Below are positions 13,001 through 25,000 of a DNA stretch of 64,000 bases, piece after piece. Location of the stretch: the NCBI GenBank assembly GCA_002633005.1, contig NMRA01000499.1:1-64000 (forward strand), written 5' to 3'. The stretch is from Phoronis australis (lineage: Eukaryota; Animalia; Phoronida). Position 1 is the stretch's first letter; each line of letters starts with the position of its first letter. The translations under genes were made by a program, and so were the position numbers. Below the pieces are notes generated by a model that had not been told where the DNA came from, ran no database searches, and worked only from the letters and a program-made list of their open reading frames with translations.

Positions 13001-16000
13001 GCAAGGGGTAAATCAACTGCTCTTACCAATAAGTTGGTCTTGGACACGTGCGCGGGGTATGCAGAGCAGTTGATTAAAATGATTTTGAAAAAACGCATAC
13101 TATCGTTTGTAAGCATGCATATATAAATTTCAAAAGGTAGCGTAGTCTTCCCGTCCGTACCACTGACCTAATACGCCCTCATACGGTATTGACAAAAATA
13201 ATGTGCTGTGTTGGTGGTTTCATTCCTCCTTACTTACCGACAGGTGGGGCAATTTATACCCTGCTATGGCAACAAATACCCAGCTTAGAACAGCGACTGA
13301 ATTTGCATTGTGCCAAGACGCTGTGGATGAGACGACGTGTTGCTTTGTCCAACTGACCGGCGCTGCAGAGTTAAATGCAGACAAGACACCGGAGCAAGCT
13401 TGTGGTAAAATCATCCGACAGGTGGATAGGACCACCAATGAATTCTTCTCGTAAGTTGTAAACTGACAAAGCAATAGTCATAATTAATCCATAAGAATGA
13501 TAAAGTAATTAGTCGTAATTTAAACCGTGTAACTGATCGTACGATACGATGCCATCATGTCAATGTATTCTTCTATAACCCCAGTGCAACCTGGAGTGTA
13601 TTTAGGCCAAAAGGTGTAACGAGTTGGCAACTAGAGTAAAGCAGCCCATGGACACTCACATGTGTTCATTAATGCTGTTCGTCGTAATATTGTTGACAGT
13701 TTGACGTTTGTCACCCACATTCAAATATTCTGCAATTTTAGTTCGTGCCCAACTGCAGTGAACGGATCAACCGCGTTGACTTTTCTCTAGTCTTAGCGAA
13801 AAACGCCAAAGAAGATACAAAAACCTCGATGAGCGAAAAGTTAGACGCTCATAGGCGACATCGTTTTGTTTTTACCACTGATATCCTTTCTTTTCACTTT
13901 TTGTAGAGTCTGATGACTTCGGTATTAAGTCTACCAGATGTAGAACATTTTTATCCTCCTGGATGTACCTTTGTTACGTCACATCAAATAGTGAAGTTCA
14001 CCCAAAATTTCGAAGAAGCACCACACACGCACAAATGTTTTGATTGTTTAAAAACATGTACTGAAAACAGTTCTGTCGAAATATTATTTGCCGTCATTAT
14101 CAATAACACAAGATAAAACAAATAAATGGACGTAAGTACAATTTATGAATTAGTTCAAACATGTATGGGCGAATTCAGTAGCAAAAAGTCTCGGTTGCGT
14201 GGGTATAATGTGTTTGCGCTGACGGGGGTTCGACTCCATTCACTGGATGCTCGGTTTTAACCACCTGCGTGATTAATGTACTTAAGTCCACTAATCTTGC
14301 TTATTCTTATTGTTTATATTCCATGTTATCTTTCATAGAGACTGGACCATGTGCTCGTGATATTTTAGTGGTGACACCTGCCAGCAGGTGCCGCAAAAAT
14401 TCAAAAAATCGTAGCTGATAACTCCAGTGAAGATGTACATTTTGAAGCAAATCAAAGCATACCATTTCCTGTGATTCTGCGGCACTAAATGCATGATTGG
14501 CGTTTCTGTTTTCTGACTCCAGCATTAAAAAACAAAGCAAGAGCACGATTTTTATTCCAGAAAAATGATCCAGCTAAAATCCAACAAGATCCTGTTTAAA
14601 AACGAGGAGCATACACAGGAATGGTGTGGATTTTTTGGCAACCGTTGTACGGATTGTCGAAAGGATGTCGCCGGGTATACAAGGAGCACGATATGCGCTG
14701 ATCGTCACATGTCGTTAGACATGTCGGAGGCAATCAAATCTCTTGCAGAATTAGTAATGAAAGACCCTCGATTGAAAAACCGTAAGTGGCAACTCGTTTA
14801 CAACTGTTAACTCTGACTATTTTCCATGATTAGAAGTGCTTTAAAAAGAGCTGAATTGATTTATGCTATTACTATTGGTAGTCTGTCACTATTTCAACAC
14901 AAAATTTTATTAGTACGCAACTCAATGTAAAAAGCGCTTACACTGAATTCGTGACTTTCTCAAAGGGAAGCTGATGGTTATTAACGCATTTGACGAGCCG
15001 ACTGAGCTGAACCCAATCCAAGGAAGCAACTGGGGAAAGTTTGCATGGAATTCAATCCACCAAGAAGGTAGAGCAGCCCAGATAGCCATCTCAAGAAAGC
15101 TAACCGACAACGAAATGAATTACATATTCACTACAATGCCGAGTGAAGATAAGGATGCAGGACTAATGCGCAAACTTGGTCAGATGGCAGTCATGGCGGA
15201 GTTTGACTACGTCAAGATTTACGCAGATTACGTGCATGTTGGTGTAAAGCATGGTTCGTGGATAACTGGAGTGACCCCGGCGAACACTCACTTTGCAACT
15301 TTGATAAATTCAAGTAAGTCCGACGCTCTGCAGTTACGTAATGGGTCATCTAAGAAAAGTGTCAACCGCCAGGAAATTCCGCAAGGTGGCATTGTCGGTT
15401 TGGGCCTAAGGTCTGATCTTTGTACTGGAGATCGAACTCAAAAATATATTATTCATTTTGGATGGCTTACCATGAAAAACCTGATATGGGGGAACGACTT
15501 TGCCATAAAAGCAGATTTAGACGGCCTCTGAGTCTGCCTGGCTAAATATCCGGCATCCATAACAGACCAGTTTCAAATCAGGGCACAATTGAATGAGTAC
15601 AGTAAGAATAATATTTATGAAGTGTTACATATTTGTTGCTTGATCAATGTTCACGTTTAAGCAGTGTGAGTAGATATATTCCGATTTGTACGTGGTGTCG
15701 CATGACCTGTATGAGTTGCCCAGCGGACGCTGAAGTCTGATACATCCAGGACAATTTCGATTTTACTTGATTCAATGTTGTCTGCATTTTTATAAATGCA
15801 CGAAACGGTGTTGCTGGGTAATTTCAAGGAGGCATTGGACGTAGTTCTATAGCAAGGGAGTAGGCTAACGAAGAGCTGCTGGAGACAGGAGTTGTTGCGC
15901 AATACTATTACTCGCACAGAGAAACTCGTTGTGTTTAATCTCATTTCTGTGCAATTGCACATTTGTCTTTCAGCGTACGCTGCCGGAATCTCTGTGGCCG

Positions 16001-19000
16001 AGTGCAACAAATTCTTCACCTTTTTTCCGCAACTGCTTCGCGGCATGCAGCGGCCCAAAGGAGCAACAATGGACAGTGCCTGTGGCAAGATAGGGATCCC
16101 CGTCACCCGCTACCACAAGCGACAGTTCAAAGGGCAAGTGAAAAGAAATGCAACAATAATATTGGAATACCTTTTTTCATTTTGTTAGATATGAAAATAC
16201 GATGTCGTTCAAGATAATGCGACAAGCATTCTACCATCGCTAGTATTTTCTCATTATCGATGCCGCCATCTCTGTCGTCTTCGTTGCAGGCATAGTCACT
16301 ACTTTGACAACCATTATAAATTATATTGGTCACAATTTCTGTATATGGTAAAAAGGCATAGTTAGCTCTGGTGTGCGCTGTTTTCGAAAATCGTTTGGGT
16401 GGTGCGGTATGCTCACAAAGGAAACTCCAACTGATGTTTGCTAAAATGATGCAGGATTTATCTTTTACTCGTCGCTAGGCAAGACATGGGGTTTCAAATC
16501 TTGCTTAACAACGCCTGCATGTATCAATCAGAAAAATGGCCCTGAAGTGGGTTCATGACTCGTCACGCATTTTAACATTGGTTTCGCATTATTGACGTAA
16601 CTCCAAAAATGAAAATTTGTTGTGTCATTAACCTCTTTGTACAAAACAAAAAATCAAGAAATTCATCACAGCTTTGTCGCCATTCTTGCACAAAAAATAG
16701 CCATGTTCTATGATCAATAAAAGACTTTAGATGTATATCTGAACAAATACACCACTGCCTGCATAGATCCATCCCAAATCACCACAGGCCAAAGTTATCG
16801 TAAATTACTGTTTGTAGTACTTATATTTTGGTTTTGTTGGCCATTTGCACTGGTTGAAATCACAGTAGCTCAACTCGGAGGCATCGTGAAAATCCTGGGA
16901 AACGTCTATTAGAACATAATGTATGTCTAGATACATAGGTGGATCCAGGGGGTCAAGTGCGTCCGGACCCCTCTTTTTTCCCTTGATTTTGGTAATATCA
17001 AATCTATAATTTTCAGATTGTTGACTTGAACCCCCCTTTTTAAAAATCCTTCAACCGATCTCCTTTTAAAAAATCCTGGATCCGCCCCTTAGATACCAAT
17101 CAAATGTCAACCCCACTTTCGTTTCCGTGGATCCAGTATTTTCTCTTCCACATTCCAAGTATTAGTGAAGGCAGTTGACGTTGCTTTCCATGAGATAATG
17201 CTAAAAGATGGCGCATAAGCCGTTCGTGCTTCACTACTTGTAAGCTAAAACGGTTATCCAAACTAGTTTCAAAACTTCCAACAGTTGTGGCGTTTTTGAT
17301 AGGCATCAGTTTAAACTGTCTCACCAAGCGAAAACTAGGTCACATTAATCGGAGAAATACTACGGTGTTGCACCAAACCAACATAGCGATTTACAAGACA
17401 AGACAATTAAATACATCACCAGGTGGCAGTGTGCTTTTTTTGAGAGAAAAGCTTCAAAATGATGAATTCACGCTAAAGATGTTTTTTTATCCACCCCAAA
17501 GTTAATGTCCAAGCGATCTACCTAATTCAAGTTCGTTTACCGACTGATCGTCAAATTTTGTTATTTTATTGTGGAAATTACGGTAACGCATCTTCCGCCG
17601 TCTAGCGGGCATAAAAGGACACTCGAGTGGTTATGTTTAGTCGGTGGCCACGGAGTGCACAAGAACAATCCACGGAAATGTTTACATCAACTGATAAATG
17701 AAGGGATTCTCTTTCAGATGTGATATATCTTTTTTCTGTGGAATATTGCCCACTACGTACACATGCACTTGAATGTAGCCTATGTTCTGAGCGCGAAAAC
17801 GCTTCAAGAGCCAAGGTTAAATCCTGGATGAAATGAGGGACTGTTAATGCAATTTTGATTAATGACTACCTTGGGGTAGAAACATCCATGATAGGAACAA
17901 TAAGAAATTTTCTTCTACTGATGTTTTGCGGCCGTTTCTAAAGCTGGCGTTATCACCGATCAAAATTCATACCCAAAATGAAAGAGAACCAGTTTTACAG
18001 AAACTGCTATGCTTTTCAGACTAAAAACTAAAGCGATTGATAGATGAGGTTAGACACCAGATGATGAAATTAACTGCCACAATTTATCTGTTTCTGTGAA
18101 ATTATACACGCCCTCACTGATGTTAAGGAGTGCATCTTTTGCCAAGCACTCTGACTGACAAAAACAATTCTCTATCTTATCCTGTTTATATTGTTGTATG
18201 TATTTATATATTATAGTGACAAGTACAATTATACGTTCTTTCGAATAGGAGGGGTTAGGTGCTGGGCTATGTTCCCCTTACTGTAATAAGGCAGTGATTG
18301 TCATCTGTTCGTTATTGTTTTAATACTTTCACCACGAACCGTCGTAATTCCACGTCCCTCTTAACGGCCATCGCTCTATTCACGGTTGCATGGCGTCATT
18401 ACATTTAACGACATCGAATTGCTCATATTCGCCACTACCAGCACGGTCAGTATGTCACCATCGTGAACAACACTATCCCTACAGTCAACACGTCATCGTC
18501 GCCGTTTATTTAACTTGATTTATTTTTCTTTCTTTAGCTTATACTACTATCCATATAACGATGTCGTCTTCACTAACCCAAAGCGCAACGATGCCTGGTG
18601 CGGAATGCCGGGCAGAAGCTGCATCGACTGTAGAACCCACAACGGAAGTGCAAATGTATCTCCTTCGAAACGTTGTAGAGATCGTGTGATGACGCACAGG
18701 CTAGCTTTCAGGTAGACTGTTTTGCTACTGGTTCATGTTTAGTAATTGTAAAGATCCATGGGTCGAAGTACAAGTGGCACTGAGTCGGGTTTTATTTGCG
18801 TACGGAAATCGCTCTTATCAGTGGTTGATGAAAATGACAAATTTCACGTTACTTCATAAAAAGTTTAAATTGTGCAACACGTCCCCTTTGATAAACAAAT
18901 AAGTATTTTTGGCGTTGCCTTCGTATATTTCCCTGACTTGTGATTGTCCACTTTTTAGGCTCCGTCGTTTGGCAAAGCTTGTTGAAGAAAAGTGGAGTGG

Positions 19001-22000
19001 AGCCAACAAGCTGGTTGTTGAGTTTGCGTGGGATGAGCCAACGGAGACTGCTGGTTTCAAGTGGGGAACCTGGAAAAACGAAAATTCGCACCATCGTACG
19101 GCACAGTGAGTACACTTTGCAGACGTCTTGCGTGAGTTGCTTGCGAACTGTAAACCTATGAACATCATAATTGTACATGGCCATGGACTTACAAATGAAA
19201 CCAACTGTCCGTCTGTGAGTACAATTTATAGACGTCTTGTGTGAGTTGTTCGCGAACTGTTTGCTCAAACAACATTTGGTGTAGCTTTTTATTTATGCCC
19301 CAAAATTTTACACATTTTCACTACAGGTAGTCATGGTGTCACAAATATTACCAACAGTTTTTCTGAGCAGAATCGTAGTTTTCGCCATCCACCAGGCAAT
19401 TCTACTGGCTTGGGGTATGGGACAATGGTAGCCACAGCCCACAGAATCCCTTTATACACTCCGACGGTTAAGCAGCCTAAAGTGAATTCAAGTTGCGTCA
19501 AAGGCTGTCTAAATTTTATAAGTCATGAACAACTTCAAAGTACTCCCATGTAACCCTGAGAATCCACATGTACGCATCAATGTAGTATCAATTTTCATAA
19601 TCGCTGTCATGCATTCGGGTCAGTGACAAGTACTGCATCTAAACATTTCCAAGCCTTCATGAACAAAAGTATTCTAATAGCTCTGACCTTTAGATTGACG
19701 TGCAGTTCTTCAGATGACCCAGTGAATTATTAGGGGTGTTGAGATTAATCGCGATACTATCGAATCGCAACACTGGGTCGTTACGTATTTCGACACACTT
19801 ATAATGTTGACAACAATTAAACAGTCACTTGAGAACAAACATCAAACAAGCAAATGCCGCTTCAAAGAAGCGCAGCAGATCACCGTTTGTTTTTTGTGTG
19901 CACTTTCATTCCTAACAAATTTAATAACTGACAAATCTGGCTATACCTATATGGTCCTGTTGTCACGCATCCCGGCTGTTGTATCTCCTAAACCCCTTGC
20001 AGGACGTTCATGAATTTTTATACATGTAGATGTGCACTATGAAGAAAATATATTATACTTACACCAAAGGAACTATGGCATCTTTGTATGAAGCTAACAA
20101 GGGACTACGGCAACTTTTGGCGAATTCTATTACCGTTGTTCCCCCTGGTGGCAATATTTCATTTTTTTACGCTTGCCTCTTTACAAAACTCTTTGACGGA
20201 TTTTTTATGAAATCTGGCATTTGGTTTTTTATTAAGATAACGCATTTTGGGTTACAAAATCGGCTCTAGTTATGAAAATTTGCTCAGACTCGGTTTCTGA
20301 TTATTTCTTATCAAAGTTTAATTGAAGAGAAATTGATCAATACTGGTGGACTTTCTACCCATCAATGTGCGTTTCAAAACCAATTTTTCACAAAAAACGC
20401 ATAGTCACGTGACAACGAGGATGGCACACTGTTGTGAATGACGTGAATGGCTTTGCTTCGATTCCTAGGTTAAAACACGTGTGTTTTATCACTTGGAAGT
20501 TGCTGTTGTTTCGCCATTGTAGGGTGAATCATGCTTGAAGTAGGGGTACACGTAACCTTTAATAACTTGTTTATTACTACCCCATACTTTGACTGGTTTA
20601 CTATTACGAAGCCTCCTCGCTTGACTAGAACCCTGCCATAACGACTTTGTGGAACTTATCCATTCTTTGTCTTTCTTCTTCACTTTGCCAGATGATGTTA
20701 CATGGATAAGAACGCACACACAAAAAGTACCGAGAGTGGCGTGAATGAAATAATGTCCCACGAGACATTATTACGCGTATCGACCGAGACCCAGGGTCGC
20801 GGTCGATACGCGAAAGAAACAGTTTTAAATGTAACGATTTATTACTTGAAAGGAGAGAACAAAGATGAAAACAACGGTAACTGTGCATTGAACTTGTAAC
20901 AGCTATTGAAAATAGTTAGATAACAACAATATTTGATAGTGTAGAATAGATACCGAGGAATCGGCGCCTGAGTTGCAGACGATATAATATTTAGCAACTA
21001 AAAACTGAGACTGAACTGTCATATAATTAACAATACTGTTCCAGATGCTACGATTGGGACCTGGCCAGGCCAGGCGTAATGGGCATGTGCAAACCATTTC
21101 TTCGACAAAAACTGATTATGCTCATCGGCTGTTTTTACCAAACGCTAAGTTGAAACTCTGTAACTACGCGTTTCTGATTACAGGGCACTATGGCTCAAGT
21201 TAACAGGGAATGATGGCGTAGGTAAACTCGTTCAGTTGGGCCAGCTTGCACAATGTGCTGGCTTTGACTTCGTCGAGTACCCTCCTCCTCCTAAACCTCA
21301 GGTCATTTGGGTGTGCGTCAAGAGAGAAAACAAACCTCGTTCGTTTGTTGTGCCATTCCCAACTGCGCAATTACAAGCGTCAAGACCGGGCTTTTTCGCC
21401 GTCAACGGCAAGTACGCCTATCCAGGCAGATGCGATGAGAACATTCCATGGTGTGGAAAAATTGATCCTAAAAAGGAACCATACCTTAGCCAGTTTTTTG
21501 ACTCGTCAATCTATGAAAAAACCAAACTTGTCGGCAATTTAACACTAAAGAATTTCACCGAGGAGCGGTTTGCTAGGATCGACCAGTACCTCGTTGAATG
21601 CGTCGGCAATCTCATAGCGAAAGGCGGCCTCAACATCCGGGTGACAGCTGGATTTAGAAATCAGCTGGACAACGAGAAGAATCGAGAAACAAAGCATGAT
21701 GAAGAGAAGATACGTCACCAGTCTGGCCACGCTGTAATTGTTGAAATGGCTAAGGGAACGACAGGTGAAACTGAACTCATAACAATTGGAAAGGTTAGTT
21801 TATTTGATACCTGGAATATTATGTATGACTTTTCGATTCCAATAATTTTTCGTTCTAAATTGTACTTCCTACATAGTCCATCTCGTTGTCACGATTTCAA
21901 TGAAGTGCGTTTTACATTCTCAAAACCAATCCGCAAAATCAAGCCTTGTCATTCACATTATTTGGAGCTGGGACTGCCGAAAGAAAGCACGGGCGGAAAA

Positions 22001-25000
22001 TGAGAAGGACTAAGAGAAATGGGCAGGAGTAATCCTGATACGCCGACAGAATCGATTAACAAATAGGAAGAACGGGTGAGAAAAATAATGGGTTTGTGAT
22101 GGAAAGGACCGGTGGCCATTTCGCCGTTTTGCAATCCGAGTCGCTGTACCCGAAGTCGCTGTCATGTTGCGTGTCAATCGTTTTAACGATGCAGTTTTAA
22201 AAATCCGTATTCACTTAGCCGACATATGGCTAAAGATGTATATCACATGAAAAAATAGAAAGCTAACTTTTCTTGTAAAAGTTCAATCCAACTCCCGAAA
22301 ATATATGGTTCGACCTTCATTTTACACTGTTGTTGAAGTATCCATCGATAACGGTGGTCACGTCAAAATCTGATAACCACAGCAGATTTTAATGGCGTAC
22401 TAATAAATCAAGCAATGGCACTACTTTCACAACCCCCTCTTTTTCATTGCATACCCCTCCTTCCTGTTTGTGAGTCCGTCTTTCTTATCGCAAGGTCCGC
22501 CATTTCCACCGGCAGTCCAAACTTCACTTTGGACGGTAAAAACTGAAAACCTGTCGGGTCAAATTACCCTAGATTTCACCTAATGGACATCGCTCTTCAA
22601 GTTGAAGAGATCGGGGTTCTGATATTGCAATCGCTGTTGAGTGACTAACGTGTCTGACAATTAGATAATTGTCAAGGTAACGGCGTTCAGTCAAACATCA
22701 AACATTTACATCCAGACGTTATTGGACATCTTGATCACGTTGTCTGTGAATGCCGATCCAAATAGTCACAGCCGTGCCGTGACCATTTGAGCAGCGAATG
22801 CCGGTCCACTGGACACAGTGGGATGTTGTGGTCATTTGGGCGTATCTATAGAGGCAACATTTAGAACACGTACAGAATGACAGACGCTGCAAATTTTGCT
22901 AATCAAAGTGAATGAAAATAATTTGTTTATTTTCAGGCTGTCATTAAAATCTGTGGCAACCAAATTAATCCTCAACAGCGTATGTTGGGAATTGGTGTCC
23001 ATAAGAACGAATTATATTTCGACTTCCGCCCTAAGCCATGGACAGATCCGCCGTCGGTGCAGGCCAAAATGTGGACTCACGATGGCGGCAGCGCGAAAGT
23101 CGTCACTGAACTAGAAAAATGGCTAAAGGTTGTTCAAGGTAAAGTGTCAAAATGGAAGGAAATTGTACTTTCTCAAGAGCTTTATTAATACAATAATGTA
23201 CCCACATAATAAATATGTGGGCATATAACAAAAGAGAATCCAAAAATACACGGGGCCCTTTTCATAAAACTGATTTGAGGCTACGTTAAGATGGGAAAAG
23301 TTTCATGAACCAGGCTCATGGAATGTGATCAAGGATATTTTCGGGACAAGTGGTAAGTTTTCTAAATTACCACAAACGTGCCAAGTGTTGAAAATTATTT
23401 TTTGCAAACTTTATTCTGCTTCCTAGCAGTCAGCATCAATGTTGAGCTCGTAGCGTAGCCGACCTGAGCATGGTAAACATATCCCATTCGTACTTAACTG
23501 TTTTCGTGGACAGCATCTTCAACAGGCAGCAGTCAAATTTTGCATTCGGTGTCAGTGTGTGCATTGGATTTCTAAGCGATCGTGGTACAGAGAGTGATCA
23601 CGAGACCTCGCGTGAGTTCGCAAAAAGCTGTTCAACAAGCGAGTGTACGCCTTCCCTATTGAACAATCTTTTGATGCTAGATCCGACTGCATCCAATTGA
23701 CTGTTCAGGGCAAATGAGATGTCGTGCTTAGCAACATTTGTTACCTAAATACTGTATAATCAAACTGATTAGAAAAGGCAAATCCATGATTGTTATAGGA
23801 AACTTGCTTACCATGCCTCACTTTGATTCCTTTTGGAAAAAGTTCCGTCAAAAAGGCGCAGTAAATTTTTCGGCTTTTGTATGAACACTTGTCTCATCGC
23901 GTGCTTTGTTTACCAAGGTAGACCAAAAACTAAATGAAATTGCCATGTACGTTCGCGTTTTAGGTGGTCCGGCTATCTCTGCTCTTGATGTCGATACAGC
24001 GTGTACCTTCAAGCTAGGGGAAGAGAACTACTATTTCAACTTTAAGACAGATGCTGGATTGTAAGTACGGGGTCTCCGCGTCCAAAGTGTCAAAATATGC
24101 AATCTAAAATCGAAATGACCAGTTGTTCAGTAACTCGGTGAAATGAAAATTCTCCAAGCATGGTGCGCACATCAAAATTTTGCTTCCCACAAGTATTTCT
24201 TTTTTTGTGCCGACTGCCTCTCGATCTTTCGGCTAGAATCGTTATGAAATGTGGCAGATGGCTTCCAGCAAGTCCGACTACAACAGAGACGTTTTTCCCT
24301 CTGCCTCTATCTACTAAGTTACTTGATGGAAGAGATTTGATTTACATGTTCTTGTTGAGAACACGATGACGATTCAGCCGCTCGCACACACAGCTGTTTG
24401 CTTTGGGCGACCTGCTCACAGCGCCAAACTTCGGGTTTGAAGAATTGTTAATTTTGTTTTATAAAACCGACTAAAAGGTCTAAATACCGTTCAGAGTAGT
24501 CTCCTAAATCAAATGTATCAAATTGATGAAAAGCGCTTTCAATGTAATAAACAGAACTGCTTTCACGTTGCAGTTCAGCAGTGTCGAAGCGTCAGTGCAA
24601 TCGTTGCAGAGATCTAAAAAAGAATAGTCCCTTATTGTGTTAACTGGTTACTGTTTAGGCACACAATTTACTCAGCTTGTGTACAATGTATGTATTTCTA
24701 GTTTGAACTAGATTAACCCTGGGTATTAGGACTTTAGGCTCATGCCCGTGTCAGAGTAACATTAAGTGGCTTTTCAAGCTTCGAAGCCAACTGTGATGAG
24801 TTTTAAACATTAAATTGACTTGTTTCGATGCAAACTCGATTTTGTACTCCTCTAACTTCCAGTTTTGCCGACCTCGATTGCACCAAAAAGAAGTACTCCC
24901 CCGAATTTTGCAAGAAGACGCAATCTTACAGAAAGCAACAGATGAAGAGGGTGGAAGACATGTTAAAAAAGAAAGCTCAGCTCACTACCAGCCATCGAGA

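Noticed and set aside
14190-14250. tRNA gene (GGTTCGACTCC B-box)
   Set aside because: No cloverleaf, and the motif is mutated in copy B; at most a decayed SINE head.
13388-21322. Calling the gene hedgehog (hh) or hedgling
   Set aside because: There is no Hint domain, N-terminal palmitoylation Cys, cadherin/VWA repeat or TM helix, and the Hedge domains are internal and duplicated, so no gene symbol is assigned.
21510-23035. Bacterial contamination or recent horizontal transfer of an M15 peptidase
   Set aside because: The domain is split by a spliceosomal intron and fused in frame within a 21-exon gene. Ancient transfer cannot be judged without a phylogeny.
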